From Escherichia phage vB_EcoM_G2540-3: a stretch of 64,000 nt of DNA. Made by a program: the position numbers and the translations under genes. The notes under the pieces were generated by a model. The model made no database searches and was not told the DNA's origin. It saw only the letters and a list, made by a program, of their open reading frames with translations. The stretch is taken from the sequence record MK327944.1, one strand, 5' to 3'. Below, piece after piece: positions 1 to 9,972 of this stretch; position 1 is the first letter of the stretch, and each line of letters starts with the position of its first letter.

Positions 1-141
1 GCATTCTCTTTTTGCAGCTTCCAGTGCATTCAAATCAGAACTTTCTACGCGGCCCTTTGGAATATCCCAGCGATGTGCCATCATTCCAGGCTTACGAGAA
101 CCAGTAACCCGACCCATAAATAAATCTTTATCTTCTGTCAT
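1..141 (-). CDS. nudE: Nudix hydrolase-like protein, N-terminal part only (ORF runs off the window start)
   Basis: Minus-strand ATG at 139-141; translation MTEDKDLFMGRVTGSRKPGMMAHRWDIPKGRVESSDLNALEAAKREC has the start of a Nudix-box-like pattern; position matches T4 e.1. Confidence 0.5.
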   Translation of the reverse strand, partial: MTEDKDLFMGRVTGSRKPGMMAHRWDIPKGRVESSDLNALEAAKREC

Positions 142-167
142 AAAGATAATACCAGCTGATAGTGTTT

Positions 168-656
168 TCATTTTAATTTCCTGCATTCAGTGATAAAGTT
201 ATTTAAATTTTGAGTATATTTCTTTTCATCAAAAATCTTTTGTTGTCTGCGTAAACGCCATGGCATTTCAATGAACATACGCCATATTCCTGATAATACT
301 GCTGCTGTAAAAATATTAACAAGTATAGTTAAAAGAACCCAATCTCCTATTCTGTCCATTGGATTTTTTATAAAAAAGTAAAATACGAACGATGATATAG
401 GAAGACTAATGATATACCACAGAAGAACCTTCTTATCTGTGAACCAATCAGCATTCGTTAACTTAGCGCGACCGTTTTGAATACATACGAACTTATCATC
501 TGTTACAGTAAATGGCTTAGCTGCTTGATATCCCATTCTAAACTCCCTAATCAACAAATTTTTCATATCTTCGGAACAACCATTCCAGTCAACTCTATCA
601 ACTGAAATGCCATCATCCCCATCATCTAAATCATACCAGCGAGTTTTTAAAATCAT
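168..656 (-). CDS. hypothetical small membrane protein (e.x-like early ORF)
   Basis: 162-aa ORF with hydrophobic segment LLWYIISLPISSFVFYFF; AGGAAAA Shine-Dalgarno; overlaps neighbours by 4 bp. Confidence 0.6.
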   Translation of the reverse strand: MILKTRWYDLDDGDDGISVDRVDWNGCSEDMKNLLIREFRMGYQAAKPFTVTDDKFVCIQNGRAKLTNADWFTDKKVLLWYIISLPISSFVFYFFIKNPMDRIGDWVLLTILVNIFTAAVLSGIWRMFIEMPWRLRRQQKIFDEKKYTQNLNNFITECRKLK

Positions 657-1015
657 TTAATTTTCCTACAATCACTCACAAACTCTTTCATTGACTCATT
701 TTCAATATAAGACATGTAGCTATTATATTCTTTTAATTGTATTTTGTAATCCTTTTTTCTTTGCCAATTTATTTTAAAATTATCATAATGAAAATATAAC
801 ATGGTACCAAAGAATGAAAATAATGAAATCGCTATAGTAAAACGAAGTTCACTCCAAACCTCTGTTATAATTACTGTGCCGTCGATATTTAAAATAAAAC
901 AGTCAATTAACAATCCAATAAGACTACCCGCAAGAGCTGTAAATACTGATACAGCAAGAATTAATAGTGCCTCAGGAAACGAATATTTGACTTTATTTAG
1001 TTTTGGCTTTTGCAT
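653..1015 (-). CDS. hypothetical small membrane protein
   Basis: 120-aa ORF with two hydrophobic helices; TAAGGAA RBS upstream. Confidence 0.6.
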   Translation of the reverse strand: MQKPKLNKVKYSFPEALLILAVSVFTALAGSLIGLLIDCFILNIDGTVIITEVWSELRFTIAISLFSFFGTMLYFHYDNFKINWQRKKDYKIQLKEYNSYMSYIENESMKEFVSDCRKIK

Positions 1016-1389
1016 CGTGATTCCTTAACAAATTTCATAATTTCATCAAATTCATACATATCTAGCTTAAGCTGGTGTTCCTTTTTAATCTTTTTACACT
1101 GAGCTTTCCAATCACGTACACGTTTACGATAATGTCTTCCTTGATACCAGTATCCTACCCAATTTACGGGTACTAATAAAAGTGGAACTATTAATGGAAG
1201 AATTAGCATTAACACAAGTATTTCGCCAGAATCAATATCAGTCATAACATCTAAAACACCTCCAATAATCAATAGAATTACAAATGATATGAGTATAACA
1301 GGACCTATTAACACATCAGTAGAAATTATCTGACGCTTTGGTTCATACTTCACAGGTTTACTTGGAAGGTATAGTGATGGTTTTGACAT
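997..1389 (-). CDS. hypothetical small membrane protein
   Basis: Track ORF 997..1410 begins at TTG; first ATG with TAAGGAA RBS is at 1389; hydrophobic core ILISFVILLIIGGVL. Confidence 0.5.
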   Translation of the reverse strand: MSKPSLYLPSKPVKYEPKRQIISTDVLIGPVILISFVILLIIGGVLDVMTDIDSGEILVLMLILPLIVPLLLVPVNWVGYWYQGRHYRKRVRDWKAQCKKIKKEHQLKLDMYEFDEIMKFVKESRCKSQN

Positions 1390-1972
1390 ATTCTCTACAT
1401 TCCTTAACAAATTTTTCTAGTAATAAATCACTTTCAAAATTGGGATTTTCTACAAATTTATCAAAAAGATCATCAACAATAGTTAAGATATTCTTTTTAC
1501 TAAGAATACGTTTATTTTCATGCTTCGTTTCAGAATCAACTATAAGAGTAAAGAAATATTTCTTGCCCTGAAATTTTACAGTAGTATCAATATAAAATAA
1601 ATTTGACTTTTGTAAATTACGTTTAAACCATGCGTCACTTAAACTATAAACACCGAGATAATCAAAATCGTCGTTTAAATAACAAACCGTCCATTCAGGA
1701 GAAATGAAATCAGTAAATTCAACATCAAAATCACACGTCAATGAATGAATTGATTCAATACTGTTAATGAGTATTCCAGGACGTATTAAAGACTTTTTAC
1801 CTCTAGAAAATCTTCCGGAAAGGCTTTCATCAGTTTCATATGAAGACCCCCAATAGTAATTACGTCCTTCTGCCATGCGTTTAAGAGCATTTAGTAATTG
1901 GTCTGGAACATCAACCTGTCTTTGGAACTCTTCAAACATTGAATTGAAATCACTTTGCATTTTCATTTTCAT
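1358..1972 (-). CDS. hypothetical protein
   Basis: 204-aa ORF, GGAG RBS, in tandem early-gene array. Confidence 0.6.
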   Translation of the reverse strand: MKMKMQSDFNSMFEEFQRQVDVPDQLLNALKRMAEGRNYYWGSSYETDESLSGRFSRGKKSLIRPGILINSIESIHSLTCDFDVEFTDFISPEWTVCYLNDDFDYLGVYSLSDAWFKRNLQKSNLFYIDTTVKFQGKKYFFTLIVDSETKHENKRILSKKNILTIVDDLFDKFVENPNFESDLLLEKFVKECREYVKTITIPSK

Positions 1973-1990
1973 TCCTATTTACTCCAAGTA

Positions 1991-2010
1991 TAAGGGGCCG
2001 AAGCCCCTTA
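1991..2010 (-). other. intercistronic RNA hairpin (UUCG loop on the minus transcript)
   Basis: Plus taaggggccgaagcccctta; minus-strand GGGGCTTCGGCCCC between two minus-strand ORFs. Confidence 0.45.
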
Positions 2011-2013
2011 TCA

Positions 2014-2607
2014 TTATTTCAGAGAATTAATGTATTCCTGAACATCGGCAGAGGTAGTTTCAACCCCAGAAATATTACCGTTAAAGGTTTCAACTCGAGC
2101 AAGGGTATCTTCAATATCAACCTTAGTCAGTGCTGCAATTTCAACTACATCATCAGCAGTACTAATTCCAAGGGCATTTGCTGCACGAGTTTCACGGATA
2201 TATTCCAATTTAACCGCAAGTTCTTGACGAGCATCATCTAACTCAACTACTTTCTTGGCGATTTCAATTCGCATTTCAGCATAACCGTCAGCCTTAGTAG
2301 TCAACTGCTCAGCTGTTCGACGATATAGTAAACCGAGTTTAGCATGCATTGTTACATCTTGGCCTTCGGAAAGAAGTTTACGAATTTCACGCTCTTTTGA
2401 TTCGGCCTGTCGATTCTTTTCGATAACAAGTTCACGAATACGTTTTTCTTCGTTAATAGATTTAACAGAAGCAGTTTTTAGATCTTTAATTTTATCAAGT
2501 AGTTTTGCTGCTGCAGCAGTATACTGTTCTTCGACAGATAGATTTTTAGCCATAGCAGAACCAAGTTTAGTGCGAATAAACTCAACAATTTTCTTCAGTG
2601 TGTTCAT
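2014..2607 (-). CDS. coiled-coil protein, possibly PspA/IM30-like
   Basis: 197-aa ORF, highly charged with heptad periodicity; family assignment is pattern impression only. Confidence 0.5.
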   Translation of the reverse strand: MNTLKKIVEFIRTKLGSAMAKNLSVEEQYTAAAAKLLDKIKDLKTASVKSINEEKRIRELVIEKNRQAESKEREIRKLLSEGQDVTMHAKLGLLYRRTAEQLTTKADGYAEMRIEIAKKVVELDDARQELAVKLEYIRETRAANALGISTADDVVEIAALTKVDIEDTLARVETFNGNISGVETTSADVQEYINSLK

Positions 2608-2708
2608 AGTATTTCCTTAGGTTAATTGAGATTTAAAATCCGTAGGAGTATAATACTCTATCGTCAAATTATAGGCTCATAATATCTCAATCATGAGCCT
2701 ATGTAAAC

Positions 2709-2984
2709 TTATTTCATATTATTGAAATATTCTTCTGCGATTTCGTCGTTATCATGGTAAACTTTAGAAGACAGTTTAACATAACTTTCAGCAGTGAACA
2801 TGTTAATCACAACCTTTACAGTATACCACTGACCGTCTTCATTGCCCATTACCGCATAAGTTTCAAACATCGGATGATCAGGACCGATAACTTTAATATC
2901 ATTCACTGTACGACCGAAATCTTCTGAAACACATTTCATAAAGAAGTTGAACAGTTCGCCGTAATTATCCATTTCATTCTCCAA
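2709..2984 (-). CDS. hypothetical protein
   Basis: 91-aa ORF downstream of an early-promoter-like element. Confidence 0.55.
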   Translation of the reverse strand: MENEMDNYGELFNFFMKCVSEDFGRTVNDIKVIGPDHPMFETYAVMGNEDGQWYTVKVVINMFTAESYVKLSSKVYHDNDEIAEEYFNNMK

Positions 2985-3009
2985 GTTGTTTTCTGTATCA
3001 GTAGTTGAT

Positions 3010-3050
3010 AGTTGTATAGTACCATGGAAGAACGGGGATGTAAACCGTTT
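3010..3050 (-). promoter_or_regulatory. candidate sigma70-type early promoter (GTTTAC -35, A/T-rich UP element, TACTAT -10)
   Basis: Minus-strand GTTTAC at 3040-3045 with AAAAAATTTTTTCACAAAAC upstream; same family as IP-locus promoters. Confidence 0.4.
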
Positions 3051-3179
3051 TGTGAAAAAATTTTTTAAAAAGTTTTAGGGAATTCTAGGGCAGGGAGGGG
3101 CAATTAAAAGATAGGATAATATATTATAAAGGGTATAAACTAAATGATGTCTAGAGAGGCCCGGAAAGGCCTAGATACC

Positions 3180-3206
3180 AAAAAGCCCCAACCTTTCGGT
3201 CGGGGC
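3180..3206 (-). terminator. rho-independent terminator ending the tRNA/stable-RNA transcription unit
   Basis: Minus-strand hairpin GCCCCGACCGAAAGGTTGGGGC followed by UUUUU. Confidence 0.55.
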
Positions 3207-3522
3207 TAAGCCTTGCGGCAACCTTGTCGGGGTTCCACCTGCTAAGGCAAGTGTTTGTACGAAACGCCGGGATCGAACCCGGTTATTAAGTAGTTGACGC
3301 TACTCAATATTTTTAAAAGGCCATATCTCGACCATATCCGAACGTTCCGTCAAAAACGCTACTCGGCTTACGGCAAAGATATTTCCTCGAATCGATAATT
3401 CGGTGCGCCGTTTCTGCTGTGATATAAGGGGACATTAACAAAACATAAAGATTTATTAATGCCAGTCCTTAAACAGGGAACATCAGTCCGACGACTTACC
3501 GGTAGCGACCCGGTTTCTTGTC
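3207..3522 (-). ncRNA. candidate small stable RNAs (T4 species 1/2, rnaC/rnaD-like), including a tRNA-like element around 3259-3349
   Basis: No ORF; lies between tRNA-Arg and terminator as in T4; T-arm-like ACCGGGTTCGATCCCGG with acceptor-like pairing CGGAACG/CGTTTCG. Confidence 0.35.
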
Positions 3523-3598
3523 TGGTCGAGGCAGTAGGGATCGAACCTACGACCCAGGACTTAGAAGGTCCTTGCTCTTCCTTCTGAGCTATGCCCCG
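3523..3598 (-). tRNA. tRNA-Arg (anticodon UCU), CCA encoded
   Basis: Reverse complement folds as cloverleaf: acceptor CGGGGCA/TGCCTCG, anticodon loop CTTCTAA, T-arm GTAGGTTCGATCCCTAC. Confidence 0.8.
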
Positions 3599-3601
3599 TA
3601 A

Positions 3602-4267
3602 TTAAAATTTCATTTTTCGACCTTTAAACCATCCTTCTGGAATTGGGTCAGTTTTCTTAATACGTTTAGAAACTTTTTCATCTAATGAATGAATCCACAT
3701 CATACCAAATTGGGAATTCTTTTCGCCCTGTTGGTGTTTATTTCTGGCGTGAGATTCTTTCATTTTATTAATAGTTTCATCTGAATGGGACTTACCCAAG
3801 AAAGATTTAGTATTTGAAAATTTCTCTCTATACTTAGGATTATCCCAAAGCTGTTTAAACCTTTCTGAACCCATTTTACGATATTTTTCTTTAAGGTCTG
3901 GGTCGTTCTCAAATCTGGTTTTAAAAGCGGCAACTCCTTTTAAGGAAGCTTCTTTCTTTTTATCCAAATATTCTTTAGTGTTTAAATGGTCCCAACCACC
4001 TTCACCACCTAATTTCAAATTATAAACGTCAGGGCGCTTTAAAAACTCTTCAGTCACAATATTCTTTTCTGACTCAAACATAGAGGTTTTATCGTCAAAG
4101 AACTCTAATATTTCTTTAGAGAAATTTTCTATACCATACTTGTCTTGGGCTCTTTTTAATAATTTACCAGAACCCATATATCCATCATCTAAATTTTCGG
4201 TAGAATGAGCGCCTATATAGATTTTATTATTAATTTTATTTGTTATTTTATAAGTGTAATGGAACAT
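3602..4267 (-). CDS. segB: GIY-YIG homing endonuclease
   Basis: N-terminus YTYKITNKINNKIYIGAHS...GYMGSGK is a GIY-YIG motif; sits inside the tRNA cluster as T4 segB does. Confidence 0.8.
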   Translation of the reverse strand: MFHYTYKITNKINNKIYIGAHSTENLDDGYMGSGKLLKRAQDKYGIENFSKEILEFFDDKTSMFESEKNIVTEEFLKRPDVYNLKLGGEGGWDHLNTKEYLDKKKEASLKGVAAFKTRFENDPDLKEKYRKMGSERFKQLWDNPKYREKFSNTKSFLGKSHSDETINKMKESHARNKHQQGEKNSQFGMMWIHSLDEKVSKRIKKTDPIPEGWFKGRKMKF

Positions 4268-4308
4268 AAATATCTCCTATTTCTAAGAGTATTTATGTTC
4301 CCAAAATA

Positions 4309-4380
4309 TGGCCCTGGGTGGAATTGAACCACCATCTGGCGATTATGAGTCGCTTGCTTGAACCTTCCAGCTACAGGGCC
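4309..4380 (-). tRNA. tRNA-Ile (gene anticodon CAT, lysidine-type as in T4)
   Basis: Acceptor GGCCCTG/CAGGGCC, anticodon loop CTCATAA, T-arm GGTGGTTCAATTCCACC. Confidence 0.7.
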
Positions 4381-4386
4381 TTGATA

Positions 4387-4459
4387 TGCTGATTGACGGA
4401 ATCGAACCGCCGACGTCCTCATTACAAGTGAGGTGCTCTACCTACTGAGCTAAATCAGC
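4387..4459 (-). tRNA. tRNA-Thr (UGU)
   Basis: Acceptor GCTGATT/AATCAGC, D-arm AGCTCAGTAGGTAGAGC, anticodon loop CTTGTAA, T-loop TTCGATT. Confidence 0.8.
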
Positions 4460-4466
4460 GAAATTA

Positions 4467-4553
4467 CGGAGGCGATAGGATTTGAACCTATGAGTCGCCG
4501 GAGCGACTGCCGGTTTTCAAGACCGGTGCATTAAACCACTCTGCCACGCCTCC
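4467..4553 (-). tRNA. tRNA-Ser (UGA), long variable arm
   Basis: Acceptor GGAGGCG/CGCCTCC, anticodon stem CCGGT/ACCGG with loop CTTGAAA, T-loop TTCAAAT. Confidence 0.8.
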
Positions 4554-4555
4554 AG

Positions 4556-4629
4556 TCTCCATACAAGGATTTGAACCTTGGACCTCCTGATCCCAAATCA
4601 GGCGCTCTACCAAACTGAGCTACACGGAG
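4556..4629 (-). tRNA. tRNA-Pro (UGG)
   Basis: D-arm GCTCAGTTTGGTAGAGC, anticodon loop TTTGGGA, T-arm CAAGGTTCAAATCCTTG; 2-nt spacer to tRNA-Ser. Confidence 0.8.
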
Positions 4630-4641
4630 TAAATTAAATTT

Positions 4642-4713
<72 letters not shown>

Positions 4714-4719
4714 AAACTT

Positions 4720-4806
4720 TGGTACGAGAAGTGGGACTCGAACCCACAAGGAAATCATTCCGCAGCATTTTAAGTGCTGTGCCTTTACCAATTTGACCAT
4801 TCTCGC
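4720..4806 (-). tRNA. tRNA-Leu (UAA), long variable arm, CCA encoded
   Basis: Acceptor GCGAGAA/TTCTCGT, anticodon loop CTTAAAA, T-arm GTGGGTTCGAGTCCCAC. Confidence 0.8.
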
Positions 4807-4807
4807 G

Positions 4808-4880
4808 CTGGGAATAAAGGACTCGAACCTTTGCATCCTGGAATCAAAATCCAGTGCCTTACCAACTTGGCTAATTCCCA
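4808..4880 (-). tRNA. tRNA-Gln (UUG)
   Basis: Acceptor TGGGAAT/ATTCCCA, D-arm GCCAAGTTGGTAAGGC, anticodon loop TTTTGAT; 1-nt spacer to tRNA-Leu. Confidence 0.8.
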
Positions 4881-4977
4881 ATTATTAACAAAGGCTCTTA
4901 AGCAAGAACCCTTGATGATAGAGGGTATTAATCAGTGCGGTATGAGTTAATAATAACAAATAATTCTTAAAGCATAT

Positions 4978-5271
4978 TTACCATTTATGATAATACATAT
5001 TTACGATGCATTCAAGACCCAAAGGATTCTTGAAAATATCATATTCAAGAGGACCTTTTTCTGTTTCAATAAAGAAATCAAAATTTACTGTATTAAATTT
5101 ACGGTCTTCCTTTACTAATTTAACTTGAGAAGATGAACGGTCAATGTAAACCTTTTCAACTTCAAAACATGTTAAAATGCCATAATCATCAATCAAGGCT
5201 TTAGCTGCTTCTTGATCATATTTATATCCATTTTCAATGGATGATACTTTCGCATAAAGAATCATTATCAA
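4978..5271 (-). CDS. hypothetical protein
   Basis: 97-aa ORF in early-gene array. Confidence 0.55.
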   Translation of the reverse strand: MIMILYAKVSSIENGYKYDQEAAKALIDDYGILTCFEVEKVYIDRSSSQVKLVKEDRKFNTVNFDFFIETEKGPLEYDIFKNPLGLECIVNMYYHKW

Positions 5272-5684
5272 CCTTCATCAACAATAGTGTGCGTATTGGC
5301 ATTAACTATTTGCCACCAATCAAAGCGATTAAAACCATACATCGGTTTGTTTTCATTTTCTTTGATAATGTCACGGAGTTCATCTTCGGTAGCGGCTTTC
5401 GCTATTAAATCAGCATATCCACCACGAGGATAATAATTATCACCTGCAAAAAGTAAAAAGTTTGGTGTAATATTATTGAACTCTTCAAGAGTAATAACTG
5501 TTCCTGATGGTAGTTGAACAATCTCTACATATTTATATCCCAATTTTTGAGCAGCATCTACTGCTTCAAGCAAAGTATCATGAGCCCGTCCTATTTGGCA
5601 ATTTGGCTTTTTAGATGGATTAGCCTGATAATCCGCGTACACTTTATACATTCTATTCACCTTTAGAAATTTTATCCATAACAA
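5268..5684 (-). CDS. hypothetical protein (start uncertain)
   Basis: 138-aa ORF; internal Met at MYKVYADYQ may be the true start. Confidence 0.5.
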   Translation of the reverse strand: MLWIKFLKVNRMYKVYADYQANPSKKPNCQIGRAHDTLLEAVDAAQKLGYKYVEIVQLPSGTVITLEEFNNITPNFLLFAGDNYYPRGGYADLIAKAATEDELRDIIKENENKPMYGFNRFDWWQIVNANTHTIVDEG

Positions 5685-5838
5685 TAGCGATTAAACCAAT
5701 TAAAAATGCTACTACAAGTGAAAACACATTTTCTGCTGTAGTCAATAATCCGCATATAAATCCAACAAACATTGAAAAACTAAAAGCGGAAGCAGAAATT
5801 GCAATAGCAACATTTCGAATTAATTCACAACGTTTCAT
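5653..5838 (-). CDS. small two-helix membrane protein, first cassette of the IP-locus array
   Basis: 61-aa hydrophobic ORF preceded by the same promoter/hairpin module as the IP genes. Confidence 0.5.
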   Translation of the reverse strand: MKRCELIRNVAIAISASAFSFSMFVGFICGLLTTAENVFSLVVAFLIGLIAIVMDKISKGE

Positions 5839-5896
5839 TTTATTCTCCTCAGTAGTTGATAGGGTAATAATATCACCACCCTATCTAAAAGTAAAC

Positions 5897-6130
5897 TTAT
5901 TTTTTACGAAAAATTGATTTATATTTATCAGCCCATTTCTCGATGACTTTTTCTGGTCCATAGATAACAAAATAATCACCAAACTCTTCACCACCGAGCT
6001 GACCGAAATTATCTAATGCATCACGAAGAACTCCATGAGGCATTTCGCCCATTTTATCTTTCTTGCCAATGTAAATAAACTCAACTTTTACATCAGCAGC
6101 TTCAGCAATAAATTCTTGATAAGTTTTCAT
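5897..6130 (-). CDS. internal protein (IP-like) with N-terminal capsid-targeting sequence
   Basis: MKTYQEFIAE matches the T4 internal-protein targeting/prohead-protease signal; track ORF starts 6 codons earlier. Confidence 0.7.
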   Translation of the reverse strand: MKTYQEFIAEAADVKVEFIYIGKKDKMGEMPHGVLRDALDNFGQLGGEEFGDYFVIYGPEKVIEKWADKYKSIFRKK

Positions 6131-6190
6131 TTTATTCTCCAATTTCACATTTGTTTTGATAGGGTAATAGTATCACTACTAAAACCCCGT

Positions 6191-6220
6191 GTAAACAACT
6201 TTGTGAAATTATTTTAAATC
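6191..6220 (-). repeat. 30-nt junction repeat, copy 1 (stop codon, UP element and GTTTAC -35)
   Basis: Identical 30-mer gtaaacaactttgtgaaattattttaaatc also at 6522-6551. Confidence 0.9.
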
Positions 6221-6466
6221 TTCTAATCGTTTCTTCATCTTAGAACCGTTCTTAGCGATTTCTCCTGCATCAGAGCATAATGCTAAAAGTGCTTTAACTT
6301 TAGTTTGGTCTCCTTTAAAAGATGAAGGATCGACTGCAGCAGCAAGTTCTTTAATACGAGAAAAAAGACGCTCAGCTTCAGCTAAAGCCATTCCAAGCTT
6401 TACTTCCATACCATGAGAAGATTCAGTGATAATAGTTTCTGTAGCAAACTCTTTGAAAGTTTTCAT
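6209..6466 (-). CDS. internal protein (IP-like) with capsid-targeting sequence
   Basis: N-terminus MKTFKEFATE resembles the same targeting signal; C-terminus DLK-stop lies in the 30-nt junction repeat. Confidence 0.65.
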   Translation of the reverse strand: MKTFKEFATETIITESSHGMEVKLGMALAEAERLFSRIKELAAAVDPSSFKGDQTKVKALLALCSDAGEIAKNGSKMKKRLEDLK

Positions 6467-6521
6467 TTTTATTTTCCTAATTAATTTTGATGAGGTAATA
6501 GTATCACTACCTCATCAGTAT

Positions 6522-7236
<715 letters not shown>

Positions 7237-7237
<1 letters not shown>

Positions 7238-7962
7238 TATAGTACCTTTAGTGTATTTTTAATTTTAGAAAAAAGTTCTTCAAGAGAACCATCGTTTGTA
7301 ATTACTAAATCGCCATCACGAATTGGCAATCCAGCTTCTGTAATATGTGTATCATTGGATTTTTGACCAGGACGAACTACATGAATTACTGTAGCACCCA
7401 TCGCCCTAGCCGCATCCATTTCATGATCTTGACGAGTATCAGGAACGATATAATAATCATAACCTGGGTTAAATTTATCAAGATAATCTAAAGCAAATAA
7501 TTTTACCCAATACATGCGGTCGAAGTTATTAACAATCAAATCCGTACCTAGGGCTTGCATAAGACGACGGACTGACCATTGGTCTTCAATATTATTTATA
7601 ACGTCAATAATCTTGTTAAATGCTACGGAATTAACTGATTCTTTTCCTTCGTCATCAAAAACAAACACGCCTTTAATTGGGCTTTTACTATTAAGATAGC
7701 AAAATGCTTGTTCCATAATCGTAATTACTTCTAATTTAGTCAGATTTAAATTAGTCTCACGATCATAGTCAATTCCTTCAAACTCTTTACGAGTTAAGCA
7801 AGGATAGTCAGTGTTTGCTGCGAATACGCCCCATGCATAAGCCAATGCATCTTTAATAGGACCAGCAAGTTGATATTTAACTGCAGAATAATTATTCATG
7901 ATAAAATCTGCAGTAGTATCTTTTCCACTACGCTTTACACCACTCAAAAAGATTAGTTTCAT
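7237..7962 (-). CDS. 1: deoxynucleoside monophosphate kinase
   Basis: 241 aa, P-loop GVKRSGKDT; T4 gene 1 size and position. Confidence 0.85.
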
Positions 7963-8011
7963 ATGTTTCTCCTCAAATTTAGTTAAGATTATAACACATG
8001 AAACTGAAGCA

Positions 8012-8542
8012 TTAAACTTCTGCTATAATTTTACCATCTTTTTCTACTTGAAAATACGTATAAGGAATCGTTGCTGTACATACTAAAGCCGGGTCTGAAT
8101 CTTCCGTGTAGCTAAATTCTACTTCAGACAGGTCAGAAACCCAAGGCTTATAAAAGTTTATTGACATCACGATTTCAGTTTTACTATTATCTAAAATGTA
8201 AAGCGTAATGTATTCAGGACCTGTTTTTTGGGCAGTATTTTCGCCTGTAAGATAGTTACTAGTTCCTAGCATCCATTCATACATTCCTATCCACGACTTA
8301 AGTTCTTCATCAACTATAAATCTCACGATGAGTGGATCGTACTCAAATGTAACTCCTGGACGCTGTGCTCGGCCTAGTCCAAACGGCCCAGTCACGGTAT
8401 CAGTAACAGGTATCCTAATTCCCGGAATAGGAACTGACTGAGCATTTAAAGTAAAAGCAGATGTAGTATTACTATGCGGTATTGATACTACAAAGTTAGT
8501 TGTATTTGCTTGGTTAAAAATTTGTTGCAGAGCTTGCGACAT
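8012..8542 (-). CDS. 3: tail completion / sheath stabiliser
   Basis: Start at internal ATG (MSQALQQ) gives 176 aa, the T4 gp3 length; track ORF extends to 8623. Confidence 0.7.
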   Translation of the reverse strand: MSQALQQIFNQANTTNFVVSIPHSNTTSAFTLNAQSVPIPGIRIPVTDTVTGPFGLGRAQRPGVTFEYDPLIVRFIVDEELKSWIGMYEWMLGTSNYLTGENTAQKTGPEYITLYILDNSKTEIVMSINFYKPWVSDLSEVEFSYTEDSDPALVCTATIPYTYFQVEKDGKIIAEV

Positions 8543-8648
8543 ATATTCCTCATAATGCTTTATAAATGTTGGTGGTATAATGGGTCTAAGTCCCTTCCAT
8601 TCAATTCCAATTAGAACAAACAATAGAAAAGAATGGAAGATAATAGAA

Positions 8649-9473
8649 TTAGATATTTGACCAGACTTTGTTTGCAGAGAAACGTTTTCCTTTTGAAACG
8701 AACTGCTGAAGTGGCATTAACACAACGTTCGCCCAGTCTTTCGGGGCGATTTCAACTAGGCTACCCATAATATTACCGGGTATATATGCCTTAATCATTT
8801 GGTCTGCACCCCTAAATCCTTTCACTTGACTCCAATCAATTTTTAATTTCGTTTTATTAGTAATAGTAGGTGTATTCGAATATTGCTTTAAAAGCTCTTC
8901 TAGAAATTGCTGACGAGCTTTAGGTGGAATATAGTGCAAGTTCAATCCATACATTAAATTATGTTTACCTAAACCAAGATAAATTATCAAAGGAAATTTA
9001 TCCCAGTAAGGAAGAGTTTCTTTGTGTTTAGCATCATAAGCAAAAGCATATATTCGTCCCGGCTGAGGGCGAACAACTTTATGTCCTTTTACCTGCTTAA
9101 TAGTTTCAGCAAACCACTTTCTGGTTTTATTATTAATTGCTGCACCTTCATTACGAATTTTATCGCGCAATGTTTGCCTGAATGAATTTATCATAAGCAG
9201 TTGTCTTTCTTGCTTATTGAGTTTATTCATTGGTTTCGATTCAAGCTTTTGAATCTTTTCAGCTGTTTTAATTCCTGAAGCATATTTTGACATTGCCGAA
9301 GTAAACGTAGAATATTTAATTCCTCTTTCTTCAGCAAATTGCTTTCCTGTCATTCCTTTTGCTTTGGCCTTTTTGTATTCAAGACCTATCTGAATCCATT
9401 TCTTTTCGTTTAATGATTGCTTAACCTTTGGAACTTGGGGAGTGCTTTCATTAATTATTTGAAAAATAGCCAT
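8649..9473 (-). CDS. 2: DNA end-protector protein
   Basis: 274 aa, matching T4 gp2 size and the 3-2-4 gene order. Confidence 0.8.
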   Translation of the reverse strand: MAIFQIINESTPQVPKVKQSLNEKKWIQIGLEYKKAKAKGMTGKQFAEERGIKYSTFTSAMSKYASGIKTAEKIQKLESKPMNKLNKQERQLLMINSFRQTLRDKIRNEGAAINNKTRKWFAETIKQVKGHKVVRPQPGRIYAFAYDAKHKETLPYWDKFPLIIYLGLGKHNLMYGLNLHYIPPKARQQFLEELLKQYSNTPTITNKTKLKIDWSQVKGFRGADQMIKAYIPGNIMGSLVEIAPKDWANVVLMPLQQFVSKGKRFSANKVWSNI

Positions 9474-9925
9474 TATGCCCCCTTAAAGCCAAGAGCTCGT
9501 AATCCATCTTCTGTTAGAATTCTAAATTTTATTCCACGCTTTTCAGCTAAAGATTGTGCTGCTTTCCATTTGTCAGTATTAACGGAATATGTATAAATTT
9601 CATTCATAAATCTTTTCTTCGCTGCAGTTGTTAGATGCGCTGGTTTAACTGGTGGTTGTGTTTCTTTTTTAGGCTTTATTTCAATAAAAAATTCTTGTCC
9701 AGAAGAATCTTTCATCCAAATATCCATGAAGTATCTACGTTTTTTCCCTTCTGCATTACAAAAATAAGGAATTACTGCTGTTTCACTACCCCATGCAATA
9801 ATTTCTGGATTTTTATCTAACCATTCAAAAAAGAATTTTTCCCAATTTGATCTATACGTAATTTTTTTAGGGTCACCTCTATATTTTGATATATTTTTAG
9901 GAACCCATTTTCCAGAATATGCCAT
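9473..9925 (-). CDS. 4: head completion protein
   Basis: 150 aa, T4 gp4 size and position, divergent from gene 53. Confidence 0.8.
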   Translation of the reverse strand: MAYSGKWVPKNISKYRGDPKKITYRSNWEKFFFEWLDKNPEIIAWGSETAVIPYFCNAEGKKRRYFMDIWMKDSSGQEFFIEIKPKKETQPPVKPAHLTTAAKKRFMNEIYTYSVNTDKWKAAQSLAEKRGIKFRILTEDGLRALGFKGA

Positions 9926-9936
9926 TGGATTCTCCT

Positions 9937-9944
9937 TATAAATA
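9937..9944 (+). promoter_or_regulatory. late promoter TATAAATA for gene 53/5
   Basis: Exact TATAAATA about 29 bp upstream of gene 53 ATG. Confidence 0.65.
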
Positions 9945-9951
9945 GATAATA

Positions 9952-9959
9952 TATTTATA
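9952..9959 (-). promoter_or_regulatory. late promoter TATAAATA (minus strand) for gene 4
   Basis: Plus-strand tatttata about 27 bp upstream of gene 4 ATG; divergent with the gene 53 promoter. Confidence 0.55.
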
Positions 9960-9972
9960 AACAGGAGGGCCC

